Virus record (IMG/VR): IMGVR_UViG_3300021964_009736
Location: 1-60,465 of that record
DNA from: a virus
Lineage: Duplodnaviria; Caudoviricetes
Strand: one strand, 5' to 3'
Length of the DNA stretch: 60,465 nucleotides
Shown in pieces: positions 29,870-39,971 of the stretch (its first letter is position 1; each line of letters starts with the position of its first letter). Under the pieces are notes generated by a model, which saw only the letters and a list, made by a program, of their open reading frames with translations, was not told the DNA's origin and did not search any database. The translations under genes and the position numbers were made by a program.

Positions 29870-30556
29870 ATGTTTGATATAATCTTTATAAGCAACGGCG
29901 AGGCAAAAGCCGATGAAAATTACAACAACTTACTAGATAGGTTTCCTATCGCAAAAAGAGTAGATAAAGTACAAGGCATACATAATGCACACAAAAAAGC
30001 AGCCACCCTTTCATTAACAAAAATGTTCTGGGTAGTAGATGCAGATGCTGATATCGTTCCTAGTTTTGATTTTACATTTAATTATGCATATAAAGAATTA
30101 GACTTTAATACTGTATATACATATAGAAGTATAAATCCTGTAAACGATTTAATTTATGGGTATGGAGGTATTAAGTTATTACCTAAGAAGTTAGTACTAG
30201 ATATGAATATGAATTCTGTAGACATGACTACTAGCATTTCAGATAAATTTGTTCCGTTGCCGGAAATATCTAATATTACAAGGTTTAATATAGATGAATT
30301 TAGTGCTTGGAAGAGTGGATTTAGAGAATGTGTGAAACTAGCAAGTAAAGTTATTGAAAAGCAAGATGATAAAGAAACTGAACTTAGATTGAATGTATGG
30401 TGTAGTGACAAATTTACAGATAGAAAATTCGGCAAACAAACAATAAATGGAGCAAAAGCAGGGCGTAATTATGCATTCAACAATGCTAATTCTCTTTCAA
30501 ATATAAATGATTTCGGATGGTTATATGAACAATTTTCAAAAAATACCCTGGGATAA
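29870..30556 (+). CDS. Putative glycosyltransferase, GT-A-like (paralogue of 23577..24464)
   Basis: MFDIIFIS...RVDKVQGIHNAHK...WVVDADA (DxD)...NPVNDLIYGYGGIKL...AWKSGFRECVK. Confidence 0.65.
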   Translation: MFDIIFISNGEAKADENYNNLLDRFPIAKRVDKVQGIHNAHKKAATLSLTKMFWVVDADADIVPSFDFTFNYAYKELDFNTVYTYRSINPVNDLIYGYGGIKLLPKKLVLDMNMNSVDMTTSISDKFVPLPEISNITRFNIDEFSAWKSGFRECVKLASKVIEKQDDKETELRLNVWCSDKFTDRKFGKQTINGAKAGRNYAFNNANSLSNINDFGWLYEQFSKNTLG

Positions 30557-31511
30557 TATTACTGAATTCGGTCAGAAAACTCTCCTAAAGAGCCATCTTT
30601 TTACAGTTTCGTGGATCCTGGCTAGATTTTGTAATTATAACTGCTCTTATTGCTGGCCATACGCTAGATCTAGTACCCCTGACCACCAAGATTTAGAAAT
30701 TTACTTAAACACCATAGATAGTATCAAAGCACAGGCAAGAAACAATGGTTTCAAAGATTTCCACTTTAGTTTTAGTGGAGGGGAACCAACTGCTTATAAA
30801 TACTTTGGAGACATTATAGATCATTATTGTAATGATATTCAACCAGACTATCAAAGCATACATATGACAACTAATCTCTCACCAGGCAGTAAGTGGTGGA
30901 ACAAATGGATACAAAATACAAGCAAATTAAATAGAAAAAGTATTACTGCAAGTTTTCATGCAGAATTTGCTAAAGAGCAGGAGTTTGGAGACAAATGTCT
31001 TCAATTAATTAATGAAGGTGTATTACTTACAATTAACCAAGTTATGGTTCCTGAAATGTTTGAAGAGTATTACAAACGTTGTGAACGATTTGCCGCCAGA
31101 GGCATTAATGTCACTCTCAAGCCTCAGTCAGACACAACTGCCTCCTACGTGGTATCAGGATATACTAAAGACCAAATTCAAAGAATGCAAACAGGATTTC
31201 CCCAGCACGTTGACGGAGAACAAAAAGCTCAAATCGCACTCTACGACGATCAAGGAATAGAGTATGAATTAGACCAAGCCGAAAGGTTTAATGCGTTCGG
31301 ATTTAATAAATTTAAGGGTTGGACTTGCAATGCAGGATATCAAGGCTGTGTCATACGCGGTAATGAAGTAAAGCGCAGCTATAGTTGTCATGATGAACCC
31401 TTAGGCACGCTGTATGACGGTTTTACGCTGTTTAAGACACCATCTAAATGTATTACACCTAGTTGTGTTAGTTCAGCAGACAGCAAGCTACCTAAGGTCA
31501 AAAATGTATAA
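30525..31511 (+). CDS. Radical SAM enzyme with C-terminal twitch-like domain
   Basis: Likely ATG at 30525 (GGA upstream); CNYNCSYC, FSGGEP, SFHAE; C-terminal GWTCNAG...SC...C...C. Confidence 0.9.
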   Translation: MNNFQKIPWDNITEFGQKTLLKSHLFTVSWILARFCNYNCSYCWPYARSSTPDHQDLEIYLNTIDSIKAQARNNGFKDFHFSFSGGEPTAYKYFGDIIDHYCNDIQPDYQSIHMTTNLSPGSKWWNKWIQNTSKLNRKSITASFHAEFAKEQEFGDKCLQLINEGVLLTINQVMVPEMFEEYYKRCERFAARGINVTLKPQSDTTASYVVSGYTKDQIQRMQTGFPQHVDGEQKAQIALYDDQGIEYELDQAERFNAFGFNKFKGWTCNAGYQGCVIRGNEVKRSYSCHDEPLGTLYDGFTLFKTPSKCITPSCVSSADSKLPKVKNV

Positions 31512-32493
31512 TTTATCACAAATAACTCATATTCATTTAGAAGTCACGACAAAATGTCAAGCACGGTGTCCTATGTGTCCAAGAAGAATTCAAGGCGGAC
31601 CATTATCACCATTTATAGAACTAGTTGAAATTGATTTAGAAACTTTCAAAAATTGGTTTCCTTTGCATTTTTTACAAAAACTTCCTAGTATATCTTTTTG
31701 TGGTAATTTAGGAGATCCTATAATTGCAAAAGATACATTAGAAATATGTCAATATCTAAGACAATGTAATAACAACATCTATATCCAACTGCACACCAAT
31801 GGTAGCGCAAGAAGTTTAGATTGGTGGGAATCCTTAGCAAAATTAGATGTTGTAGTTGTATTTGGAATAGATGGATTAGAAGATACACACAGTAGGTATA
31901 GAATAAACACAAGTTTCCCTACAATAATAGAAAATGCAAAACACTTTATTGCTCATGGCGGTCGTGCTAGATGGGATATGTTAGTTTTTGATCATAATAA
32001 ACATCAAGTAGATGAGTGCAGATTATTTTCTGAGTTATTAGGATTTGAAAAGTTTTTTAGTAAGAATACATCAAGATTTAAAGATGGTAAATTTAATGTA
32101 TTAGATGACACAGGAAAAACTATCGATATACTTTATCCTACAGAAAAAAGTATTAGCCACACAAATAGTGTCAAAGAATCAATCTCTGAAAGTATTCCTA
32201 ACATAACTTGTAAAGCAAAAGAACTGAATAGCATTTATGTTTCTGCTAACGGAAATATTGCTCCATGTTGTTGGTTAGATTTTGAATACATACCTCCTCC
32301 GTCTGAATCTAGGATAGATTTTATGGACAAAATAGGAATTTTTCCTAATCTAAAGTCTCAATCGTTAGAAGATATTTTTAATTCTAGTTACTTCAGTGAT
32401 ATAGAAGACTTGTTCAATAGTAATCAATGTCTTAAGGAATGTAGCAAACAGTGTGGTAAGTTTGATAAACTAGGAGCTCAGTTTGAAAGTTGA
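31504..32493 (+). CDS. Radical SAM enzyme with C-terminal SPASM/twitch-like domain (GxxGDP type)
   Basis: Likely ATG at 31504; CQARCPMC, CGNLGDP, HTNG, GIDG; C-terminal CK...ANGNIAPCCW...C...C...C. Confidence 0.9.
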   Translation: MYNLSQITHIHLEVTTKCQARCPMCPRRIQGGPLSPFIELVEIDLETFKNWFPLHFLQKLPSISFCGNLGDPIIAKDTLEICQYLRQCNNNIYIQLHTNGSARSLDWWESLAKLDVVVVFGIDGLEDTHSRYRINTSFPTIIENAKHFIAHGGRARWDMLVFDHNKHQVDECRLFSELLGFEKFFSKNTSRFKDGKFNVLDDTGKTIDILYPTEKSISHTNSVKESISESIPNITCKAKELNSIYVSANGNIAPCCWLDFEYIPPPSESRIDFMDKIGIFPNLKSQSLEDIFNSSYFSDIEDLFNSNQCLKECSKQCGKFDKLGAQFES

Positions 32494-33082
32494 AATTGAA
32501 GATGTTCTTTTTTGGATGGATGCTGTCCGGAACAGTAACGATCATTACCGCACCTTAGAAAGTTTTTGGAAAGGACAAATAAGGAGTAAAGTTTGGCTGA
32601 CACAAGAATTACAAGGATTTGTCCCTGTAACGCCACAAAAGGTTGTAATATACGGCGGCTGGAATGGCGTTTTGGCTAGCATATTGTTTAACAGCAAACT
32701 TAATATTGATCATATTACTTCGGTTGATATAGATCCTAACTGTCAGGAAGTAGCCTATACTGTAAATAAGCGGCAAGAAATATTAGGAAGATTTTCTGCT
32801 GTAACAGCTGATATGTGTAATTATGCTACAGAAGCAGATATAGTAATTAATACTAGTTGTGAACATATTACACAACATCAGTATGAGAAATGGATTGAAA
32901 ATCAACCTTCTGATGCAACTTATGTTTTACAAAGTAACGATTATGATAGTCTTAATGAACATATTAATTGTGTATATGATTTAAATGAATTTACTTCTAA
33001 ATCAATGATTAAACCTTACTATAGGGGTATATTAGATACTCCTAAATATAATAGATACATGCTTATAGGTAAGAAAAAATGA
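32483..33082 (+). CDS. Class I SAM-dependent methyltransferase
   Basis: TTG start after AGGAG; VVIYGGWNG (motif I-like), SVDID, ADM, INTSCEH. Confidence 0.75.
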   Translation: MKVEIEDVLFWMDAVRNSNDHYRTLESFWKGQIRSKVWLTQELQGFVPVTPQKVVIYGGWNGVLASILFNSKLNIDHITSVDIDPNCQEVAYTVNKRQEILGRFSAVTADMCNYATEADIVINTSCEHITQHQYEKWIENQPSDATYVLQSNDYDSLNEHINCVYDLNEFTSKSMIKPYYRGILDTPKYNRYMLIGKKK

Positions 33083-34374
33083 GTAACACTTTTTGTCCAT
33101 TACCTTGGATTCATCTTGCCACTAGACCAAATGGTGATGTACGTGTTTGCTGTACTGCAAATGCAAGTGGAGCAGGCAAACAAGATGAAAAAGAAGCAGG
33201 TTTAGTTAAACAAGACGGTGTACGTATGAATCTCAGAGATCATAGTATAGAAGAAATCTGGAATAGCAGTCATATGCGTAGGACTAGGTTACAGATGCTA
33301 AACGGTGAAATCCCTGAAAGTTGTAAGAAATGTTTTATAGAGGAAAGCAAAGGTATACGTAGCAAACGGAATTGGGAAACAGAAGTTTGGAATCAACGGT
33401 TAGACATAGACAATATAGTTAGTAAGACAAAAGATGACGGATCACTTCCTGTGGAGATACCTTATTATGATTTGAGATTGGGCAATTTATGTAATTTGAA
33501 ATGTGTTATGTGTAGCCCACATGATAGTAGTTCATGGATCAAGGACTGGAAATTACAATATCCAAACTACAAAAATAAAGATCTTATCAATAACGAAAAT
33601 TGGAATCCTGCATTTGATTATACTTGGTATAAGAAAAGTTCATTTATAAATTCTATTAAAGATGATGCAAAAAATATTAAAGAATTATACTTTGCAGGAG
33701 GTGAACCATTATTAATTCCAGAACATTCTGCTATTTTGGATTTTATGATAGAAAGCGGCAATGCAAAAAATTGTGTTCTAAGATATAATACTAATGGTAC
33801 TATAATAGAAGATTCTATGATTAGTAAATGGGAAAAATTTAAGTCTGTCAAAGTTAATTTTAGTGTAGATAGCATTAGTGAACGCAACGAATATATTAGA
33901 TATCCTTCTATATGGAGTGATATTATATCAAATCTTGAAAGACTTGATCAAACACCAGACAATATTACAGTCAATTTAGCTTGTGCGGTGCAGCTACTAA
34001 ACATTACTACACTACCTTTGTTAGCAGAATGGAAACATGACATGAAATTCAAAAAGATCAATAAGCCTCCTTTTGGTGCAGGCACAATAGGATTGCATTT
34101 GGTGTATTTGCCCAGTCATATGAATGTTAAGGTGTTGCCGAAAATAATTAAGGATCGGGCTGCAGACAATATTGAAAAATTTATTGCTACACAATCTGAT
34201 AAAGAATTTATAGAAAATCCATACGGCAAACAAAGATGGCAGGGATTAGTTAATTACATGTATAGTGAAGATTGGACAGATAAACTTCCTGCTACTTTAG
34301 AATATTTAACAAGTTGCGACAAAACAAGAAATACAAATTTTAGGAATATATTTCCTGAGTTAGGAGAATTATAA
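33079..34374 (+). CDS. Radical SAM enzyme with N-terminal twitch/SPASM-like domain
   Basis: FCPLPW...NGDVRVCC...CKKC; DLRLGNLCNLKCVMC; AGGEP; NTNG; C-terminal DKTRNTNFRNIFPE. Confidence 0.9.
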   Translation: MSNTFCPLPWIHLATRPNGDVRVCCTANASGAGKQDEKEAGLVKQDGVRMNLRDHSIEEIWNSSHMRRTRLQMLNGEIPESCKKCFIEESKGIRSKRNWETEVWNQRLDIDNIVSKTKDDGSLPVEIPYYDLRLGNLCNLKCVMCSPHDSSSWIKDWKLQYPNYKNKDLINNENWNPAFDYTWYKKSSFINSIKDDAKNIKELYFAGGEPLLIPEHSAILDFMIESGNAKNCVLRYNTNGTIIEDSMISKWEKFKSVKVNFSVDSISERNEYIRYPSIWSDIISNLERLDQTPDNITVNLACAVQLLNITTLPLLAEWKHDMKFKKINKPPFGAGTIGLHLVYLPSHMNVKVLPKIIKDRAADNIEKFIATQSDKEFIENPYGKQRWQGLVNYMYSEDWTDKLPATLEYLTSCDKTRNTNFRNIFPELGEL

Positions 34375-35030
34375 TGGATAAAGATATGATAGAAAGAGGT
34401 TTGCTTTGGAATAGCCTAGCAAATTTAGGAGAAACTGCAAAACTAAAGTATAGCATTGACCTCGGTGAAGTACAAGACCAATTAAAGCAATTTGATGACA
34501 ACTGGTGTCCTTATAACCAAAAGAAAGATACTCATAATAATAGATGGGGATTACCGGTAACAAGTCATACTGGCGATGTTATGGATAATTATCATCTCAA
34601 TAGCTTTGGCTATATGCAAAAGTATCACGATGTAGAGATGAAAGAAGAAAATTTTAATACTCCTACAGAGGTTTACAAAAAAATTCCTGGTATTGCAAAA
34701 CTTGTTGATGTTTTTGCTCCTGATATAGGGCGTGTACATTTATTAAGAGTAGACCAAGGTGGATTTTTCCCACCACATAGAGATTTTCATGGTGTTGCAC
34801 CAGAGTATTTTAGATTGCTATGTGTTTTTGGCAAATGTAAGCCTGAAAATTTTGTTCACATGCTTAACGGAAAACCAATGTATCCTGATCCGGGATTCTT
34901 GTATTTTGTGAATTTTCAATTGGATCATAGCGTGTTTAGTTTTTCAGATGGACTTTACGCACTTATACTAACAGTAAAGTTGAATCAAAGAACTACTGAT
35001 ATAATTTTGAAAAATACTATGGCCGAATGA
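34374..35030 (+). CDS. Fe(II)/2OG-type oxygenase (Asp/Asn beta-hydroxylase-like)
   Basis: GRVHLLRV...GGFFPPHRD (HxD)...FVNFQLDHSV (distal His). Confidence 0.7.
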   Translation: MDKDMIERGLLWNSLANLGETAKLKYSIDLGEVQDQLKQFDDNWCPYNQKKDTHNNRWGLPVTSHTGDVMDNYHLNSFGYMQKYHDVEMKEENFNTPTEVYKKIPGIAKLVDVFAPDIGRVHLLRVDQGGFFPPHRDFHGVAPEYFRLLCVFGKCKPENFVHMLNGKPMYPDPGFLYFVNFQLDHSVFSFSDGLYALILTVKLNQRTTDIILKNTMAE

Positions 35031-35935
35031 ATATACAATACGAAAATAAAGCAAAAGAAGACTGGTTTTTAATTAGTTGGGCGTTAAGTAATAAATGTAA
35101 TTATAGATGTTCGTACTGTCCTGATTTTTTACACAACGGTAGTAGTGGACACCCTAATTGGGATACAGTAAGTAAATTTATTAAGAACTTTCATCCATCT
35201 GGCAAAAAACTTTGCTACAGAATTACTGGCGGCGAACCTACATTTTGGAAAAAATTTATAGACATGGCAAAACTTATCAAAGAAAATGGCCATAGCTTTA
35301 GTTTTATAACAAATGGAAGCCAAAGTGTAGACTATTATAAATTAATAGATCAATATACAGACGGTATGATTATAAGTTATCATCCTGAATATGCCGACAT
35401 TGATCATTTTGTAGACATAGCAAATAACATGCAGTGCGAAGTTGCAATAAACTTGATGATGCCTCATGATCCGGAAGGATTTAACAACTCTGTAAATATA
35501 GCAAAAAAACTTTTTGACAAAACACATAGATTAGCTATTTGGCCGAAAGTCATCTTAGATAAGACCACAGGTGAACATATTACAAATGAGCTTACAGATT
35601 ATACATCAGAGCAGTTACATATTATACAAAATTGGCCTTACTTTAGAAAATTAAATGATGAAAATCTGCATAGAGGAAATATATTGTATAACGGACAACC
35701 TACAGATGCAAATCAATTAATTACTAAAGGATTGAATAAGCATAAAGGTTGGACATGTTGGGCAGGATTAGATATGATTTATATCGAATGGGGGAAAATT
35801 TATAGAGCAGAATGTTTTCAGGGCGGCCCTATTGGCACTTTAGAAAACTTCAAAATGCCTAATAACACAGTAACTTGTAATAAGGATATATGTAGTTGTT
35901 TGAGCGATATTTACCTACGTAAATTCATGCCATAA
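35027..35935 (+). CDS. Radical SAM enzyme with C-terminal twitch-like domain (paralogue of 30525)
   Basis: CNYRCSYC, TGGEP, TNG, SYHPE; C-terminal GWTCWAG...C...C...CSC. Confidence 0.9.
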   Translation: MNIQYENKAKEDWFLISWALSNKCNYRCSYCPDFLHNGSSGHPNWDTVSKFIKNFHPSGKKLCYRITGGEPTFWKKFIDMAKLIKENGHSFSFITNGSQSVDYYKLIDQYTDGMIISYHPEYADIDHFVDIANNMQCEVAINLMMPHDPEGFNNSVNIAKKLFDKTHRLAIWPKVILDKTTGEHITNELTDYTSEQLHIIQNWPYFRKLNDENLHRGNILYNGQPTDANQLITKGLNKHKGWTCWAGLDMIYIEWGKIYRAECFQGGPIGTLENFKMPNNTVTCNKDICSCLSDIYLRKFMP

Positions 35936-36478
35936 TTTATTTTGTACAGGGTCTACACTTAGTTCATTGATATTAATATCATTTGGTTGATCTATAATCC
36001 ATTTAATATACTTTGCAGCTAATTCAATAGGCATAGTGTGTCTGTCTTCTTTAATTACATTACTTAAAGTACCTAAACTTAATAATGTAACTTTTGGTCC
36101 TTCTTTCCAAACACCGTTTAAAGACAGCACATTACACACAGACCTTAATGTTTTTTTGTCTGTAGCATATTGCCATACTCTGCCGTCAACTACTCTATCT
36201 ATTGTGCTACCTATACATATGATATGTATTTTGTGGTTATTTTCCAATGATTGATTGTAAACAGCATTTAGAATTTCTGTTTGTTTAAAGTTTGGTATGT
36301 GTGAGCAATTTACAAAGATATTGTAGTTTTGTGTCAATTTAACTAATCTATCTATATCTCTTTGTAGTTCAAGGTCAAAACCACTAGATCTGCTGACAAA
36401 GGCTGTATGTGGATACATCTTACCTATTTCTTTTGCTAATCCAAAATCTTTATTACCTGTAATTAATATATCAGACAT
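35915..36478 (-). CDS. Short-chain dehydrogenase/reductase (SDR)
   Basis: Likely ATG at 36478 (GAGG upstream); ILITGNKDFGLA, FVN, IICIGS, catalytic YATDK (YxxxK), ININELSV. Confidence 0.8.
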   Translation of the reverse strand: MSDILITGNKDFGLAKEIGKMYPHTAFVSRSSGFDLELQRDIDRLVKLTQNYNIFVNCSHIPNFKQTEILNAVYNQSLENNHKIHIICIGSTIDRVVDGRVWQYATDKKTLRSVCNVLSLNGVWKEGPKVTLLSLGTLSNVIKEDRHTMPIELAAKYIKWIIDQPNDININELSVDPVQNKLWHEFT

Positions 36479-37619
36479 AGTATTCCTCAAATTCTGGACA
36501 CACAGATAATAAATTTTCTTGTCTAATTTTATCTAAATCCTTTGTATAATGAATAAATGTTTGAAAGTATTTTGCAAGATTTAAATTGTGAACATAATTT
36601 ATTCCTGGTATATCGTTATTAGCATTTGCTTTATCTAGTATTTTTTGCGGCAATATACTTGGATTTAGATAATGAGGTGTAGTAACAACATTGTTGAAAT
36701 ATATTTCCCAGTTTAAGTCTCTAGTGTCCATATACCAATCTTTTATGTCTTGTAAGTGACAAATATTATATGTCATTATAGTCACAGCAATTATTACTCT
36801 ATCAAAACAATAATATTTTCGTAGGTTTCGTTCCAATTCCTTAAAGTTAAAGTTTTTTCCACCTCTAATGTATTTGTACAAATCGCCTGTACCTTCTAAA
36901 CTTACTGTCCATTTTGTATGACCAAACTGTAAAGCAAGATTATGTAATTCTTCATCTACTATAGTGCCATTAGTTGTTAAGTCAAGTGTAATTTTTTCAG
37001 CTATTCCCATATCTATTAATTTCTGCAAAATAATCTTATTACCAGGTTCCATGTAAGGCTCGCCGCCTTTGATGCTTAGATAATTTAAATTTTGAAAATA
37101 ATTTTCATTTTCAAATAAATTTTCAATAATTTTTGTATCAACAGATTTATAACCAAATTCTGGGTGATTGACCGGTCTGTCGTAGTCTGTATTTAAATTA
37201 AATAACTTGTGTTCGTCTTTGATCCATGCACTAGAACTTATTCCGTTACACATCCTACATTTAAGGTTGCATATGTTACTCATGTTAAATTCTAGAAACC
37301 TTACGTCCTTAAATTCTTCAGTGTATTTTTGATCTTTATCAATTAATGGATTTAGTATATCCTTAAAGAACATACGTCTACTGTGCCCGGTTACTTGTTC
37401 TTTCATAGGACAAGTATTACATTCTGCTGGAATAATATTCTTCAGCAAACTTTTTCTTGTATTCTTGGCTATATCACTATTAATTACTTCTTCAAAACTC
37501 TTTTCAAATATATTGCCGTATCGGTTCCAATACACTCCGTCTGGAGTAATGTCTCCGTTAAATCTAACTACTAGACTGTGCCATGGCGCATAACACTTTA
37601 AATAATTATTGTTTTGCAT
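36471..37619 (-). CDS. Radical SAM enzyme with N-terminal twitch-like domain
   Basis: CYAPW...CNTC; SNICNLKCRMC; KGGEP; TTNG; C-terminal DKIRQENLLSVCPE. Confidence 0.9.
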   Translation of the reverse strand: MQNNNYLKCYAPWHSLVVRFNGDITPDGVYWNRYGNIFEKSFEEVINSDIAKNTRKSLLKNIIPAECNTCPMKEQVTGHSRRMFFKDILNPLIDKDQKYTEEFKDVRFLEFNMSNICNLKCRMCNGISSSAWIKDEHKLFNLNTDYDRPVNHPEFGYKSVDTKIIENLFENENYFQNLNYLSIKGGEPYMEPGNKIILQKLIDMGIAEKITLDLTTNGTIVDEELHNLALQFGHTKWTVSLEGTGDLYKYIRGGKNFNFKELERNLRKYYCFDRVIIAVTIMTYNICHLQDIKDWYMDTRDLNWEIYFNNVVTTPHYLNPSILPQKILDKANANNDIPGINYVHNLNLAKYFQTFIHYTKDLDKIRQENLLSVCPEFEEYYV

Positions 37620-38743
37620 ATATTTAAATCTTCATCAAAAAATTCTACTTGGTGTGCATTAGATTCAATGTTTACACTAATAACACATATTTTATCATTA
37701 TGAATAATGGGTCTTCCCCATAATTTATCAGGGGTATTAATTTCTTTTATAATGTTGCCTTCTTTTGATATCTTAATAATACTACATCCTAGTGTTCCAG
37801 TTGGCCAAAAGTATGCACTGCCTTTATAAGCAACACCGGATCTAAATCTGTATTTGCCTCCAAAACTTTTTTCAATATCTATTTCATTGAAAGTATAATC
37901 AAGCAAATTTATACTTACCCCAATATTGCTATCATTATGGTGTTCATCTCCGTATGGTAACGCTAGTAAATAATTATCTATTAGTACGCTGCAATTATAT
38001 TTTTTTGCAAAATCTTTGTTGCATATTTTATGATAGGAAAATTTACTAGTAGTAGTATCAAAAACTACTAAGTCGTTTAATCCTTTTGTTTCTCCAAAAG
38101 GTAAAGCAATAAGTTTATCCCCATAAACTTCTATATCACTAAATTTTCTAGTAATACTAGGATCAACGTCTACTTTATAGGACTGCAATTGATCTCCATC
38201 AAACGAAAGTAGTTTACAGTATCCTGCATCGTCTCCTCTAGGCATACTCCAATATTTTCCGTTACAATAAACAGTGCCCATATGTAATTTTTTGCCTTCA
38301 TAAGGAACTTTATAAGTTTCTACTTTATCATTTTTAATATATAGACACTTGTTTGTACCTTTATAACCTAAAGGAAAACTAAATGCTGAATTATTATCTG
38401 AGGCTATACTATAATATTGTCCTTGCCCTTCAACATCTATGTGATGATAAACTACATCACCGTTTCCTTTTATTTGTGTTACATAATTGTAATCATCCCA
38501 TATACCATACGGAACAAACCATATACTATCACCTATAGATGTCACTGCACTTGTTTTGCTTGTTCCTTGTGATTTAGAACATTCTATGTATTTTACATCT
38601 TTGTCAATAAATACGCCTTGATTGTAATTTTTACATTTTTCTGTTGCAAACGGAGGAGAAAACAAAGTACCATTATGGCTATGTAATATCATATGCCTAA
38701 TGTTTTCTTCTTTGTAATAGTCTTCAAATGCTTTATATGTCAT
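37598..38743 (-). CDS. Beta-propeller repeat protein (about 8 kelch-like repeats)
   Basis: Likely ATG at 38743; repeats NGTLFSPP, GDSIWFVPYG, NSAFSFPLG, NGKYWSMPRG, GDKLIALPFG, DNYLLALPYG, KGSAYFWPTG, NDKICVI. Confidence 0.7.
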   Translation of the reverse strand: MTYKAFEDYYKEENIRHMILHSHNGTLFSPPFATEKCKNYNQGVFIDKDVKYIECSKSQGTSKTSAVTSIGDSIWFVPYGIWDDYNYVTQIKGNGDVVYHHIDVEGQGQYYSIASDNNSAFSFPLGYKGTNKCLYIKNDKVETYKVPYEGKKLHMGTVYCNGKYWSMPRGDDAGYCKLLSFDGDQLQSYKVDVDPSITRKFSDIEVYGDKLIALPFGETKGLNDLVVFDTTTSKFSYHKICNKDFAKKYNCSVLIDNYLLALPYGDEHHNDSNIGVSINLLDYTFNEIDIEKSFGGKYRFRSGVAYKGSAYFWPTGTLGCSIIKISKEGNIIKEINTPDKLWGRPIIHNDKICVISVNIESNAHQVEFFDEDLNICKTIII

Positions 38744-39971
38744 TGAGGTCAAATGTGTTAACTACTTTTTCTTGGATAGTATCAAATACTAGAACTGTTT
38801 GAAAACTATCACTCTCTCCATAAGGGAACGCATAAATTATATCATCTTTGATAACGCAACTATTGTATTTTTCTATTGTTGTATTATCATAGAAAAATTC
38901 ACTTATATCTATAGTATAGCACTTTTCGGTATAAGTGTCAACAACTAGTATTTCTGCTAAGTCTCCAAATTGCTTCCAAGTTGATTGAGGCTCACACACA
39001 CAGCCGCCTCTAGGAATGTAATATATTTTTCCTTTACTATTTTCAATACCGGCAAAATATTTTTTACTTTCTTTACCTATACCTAGCTTAATTAATCTCC
39101 ACGTACAAGTGTTACTGTCGATAACAAACATATCATCCCAATCTTCGTCATGTCCTGCAGGCGGACAGAATATTTTGCCATTTTTAGCAACTGTATGGGT
39201 ATAATATTTTCTACTTGTGCCTTTTATTCCGGTTTTTTCACTATACCATCTGTTGCCGTCAAACCACATGTATACATCGAATTCTGGGTTTTCACTGTAA
39301 GGAGGCGCAAACAGTTTATTTCCTACTTTAGCTAAAGTAGTAAATTTTTTATTTGTCATGCTTTGTTCTTCATATTCTAACCAATGATTAACACAATTAC
39401 AAAGTTCATATTTACGACTATTGCAATCATATTTTATTCTATAATTGAAATATGTTTCCCAATTTTCTCCTCTAGGTAATCCATATATTTCTCCATCTAC
39501 TATTTGAGTAGTGTGCCATTTCTTTTGGTCATTAAATGGTAAATCTAATTTTATTTGATTCGCTACATGATTATTTAGATCAAAGTGTAATACATAGTCA
39601 AATACCTCGTGTTCACCATATGGTAAAGCAATTAGTTCTCGACCGTTTATATGCCCTTGTATATACATTCCTTTACCTTTTTTATCTAATGGCGAATATG
39701 TTACTTCATCTGTTTCAGTATCTAATATAAGAATATTATCTTCGTTATAAGGTAGCCAATATATATAATTTCTGTATGTTATACCCTTTTGCCATTTTTC
39801 CGGAAAATCATTGACTTTAATTTGTATTTTTGACATAGCATTGTTTACAGGATTAAACTTTAATATATAATCAGTTACATTCGATAATCCAAAAGGTGCA
39901 ATGTAGATTACTCCATTGTTACCTAGTGTAGGATACGAAAATGTTTGCGCTCCAATATTACATGTAGTCAT
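38733..39971 (-). CDS. Beta-propeller repeat protein (8 kelch-like repeats), paralogue of the adjacent gene
   Basis: Likely ATG at 39971 (GGAG upstream); repeats NGVIYIAPFG, NYIYWLPYN, RELIALPYG, DGEIYGLPRG, GNKLFAPPYS, NGKIFCPPAG, KGKIYYIPRG, DDIIYAFPYG. Confidence 0.7.
   Translation of the reverse strand: MTTCNIGAQTFSYPTLGNNGVIYIAPFGLSNVTDYILKFNPVNNAMSKIQIKVNDFPEKWQKGITYRNYIYWLPYNEDNILILDTETDEVTYSPLDKKGKGMYIQGHINGRELIALPYGEHEVFDYVLHFDLNNHVANQIKLDLPFNDQKKWHTTQIVDGEIYGLPRGENWETYFNYRIKYDCNSRKYELCNCVNHWLEYEEQSMTNKKFTTLAKVGNKLFAPPYSENPEFDVYMWFDGNRWYSEKTGIKGTSRKYYTHTVAKNGKIFCPPAGHDEDWDDMFVIDSNTCTWRLIKLGIGKESKKYFAGIENSKGKIYYIPRGGCVCEPQSTWKQFGDLAEILVVDTYTEKCYTIDISEFFYDNTTIEKYNSCVIKDDIIYAFPYGESDSFQTVLVFDTIQEKVVNTFDLNDI

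Noticed and set aside
30525-35935. Viperin-like identity for the CNYxCSYC radical SAM proteins
   Set aside because: The resemblance is limited to generic rSAM motifs, and both have Cys-rich C-terminal twitch-like domains unlike viperins; an HMM search would be needed.
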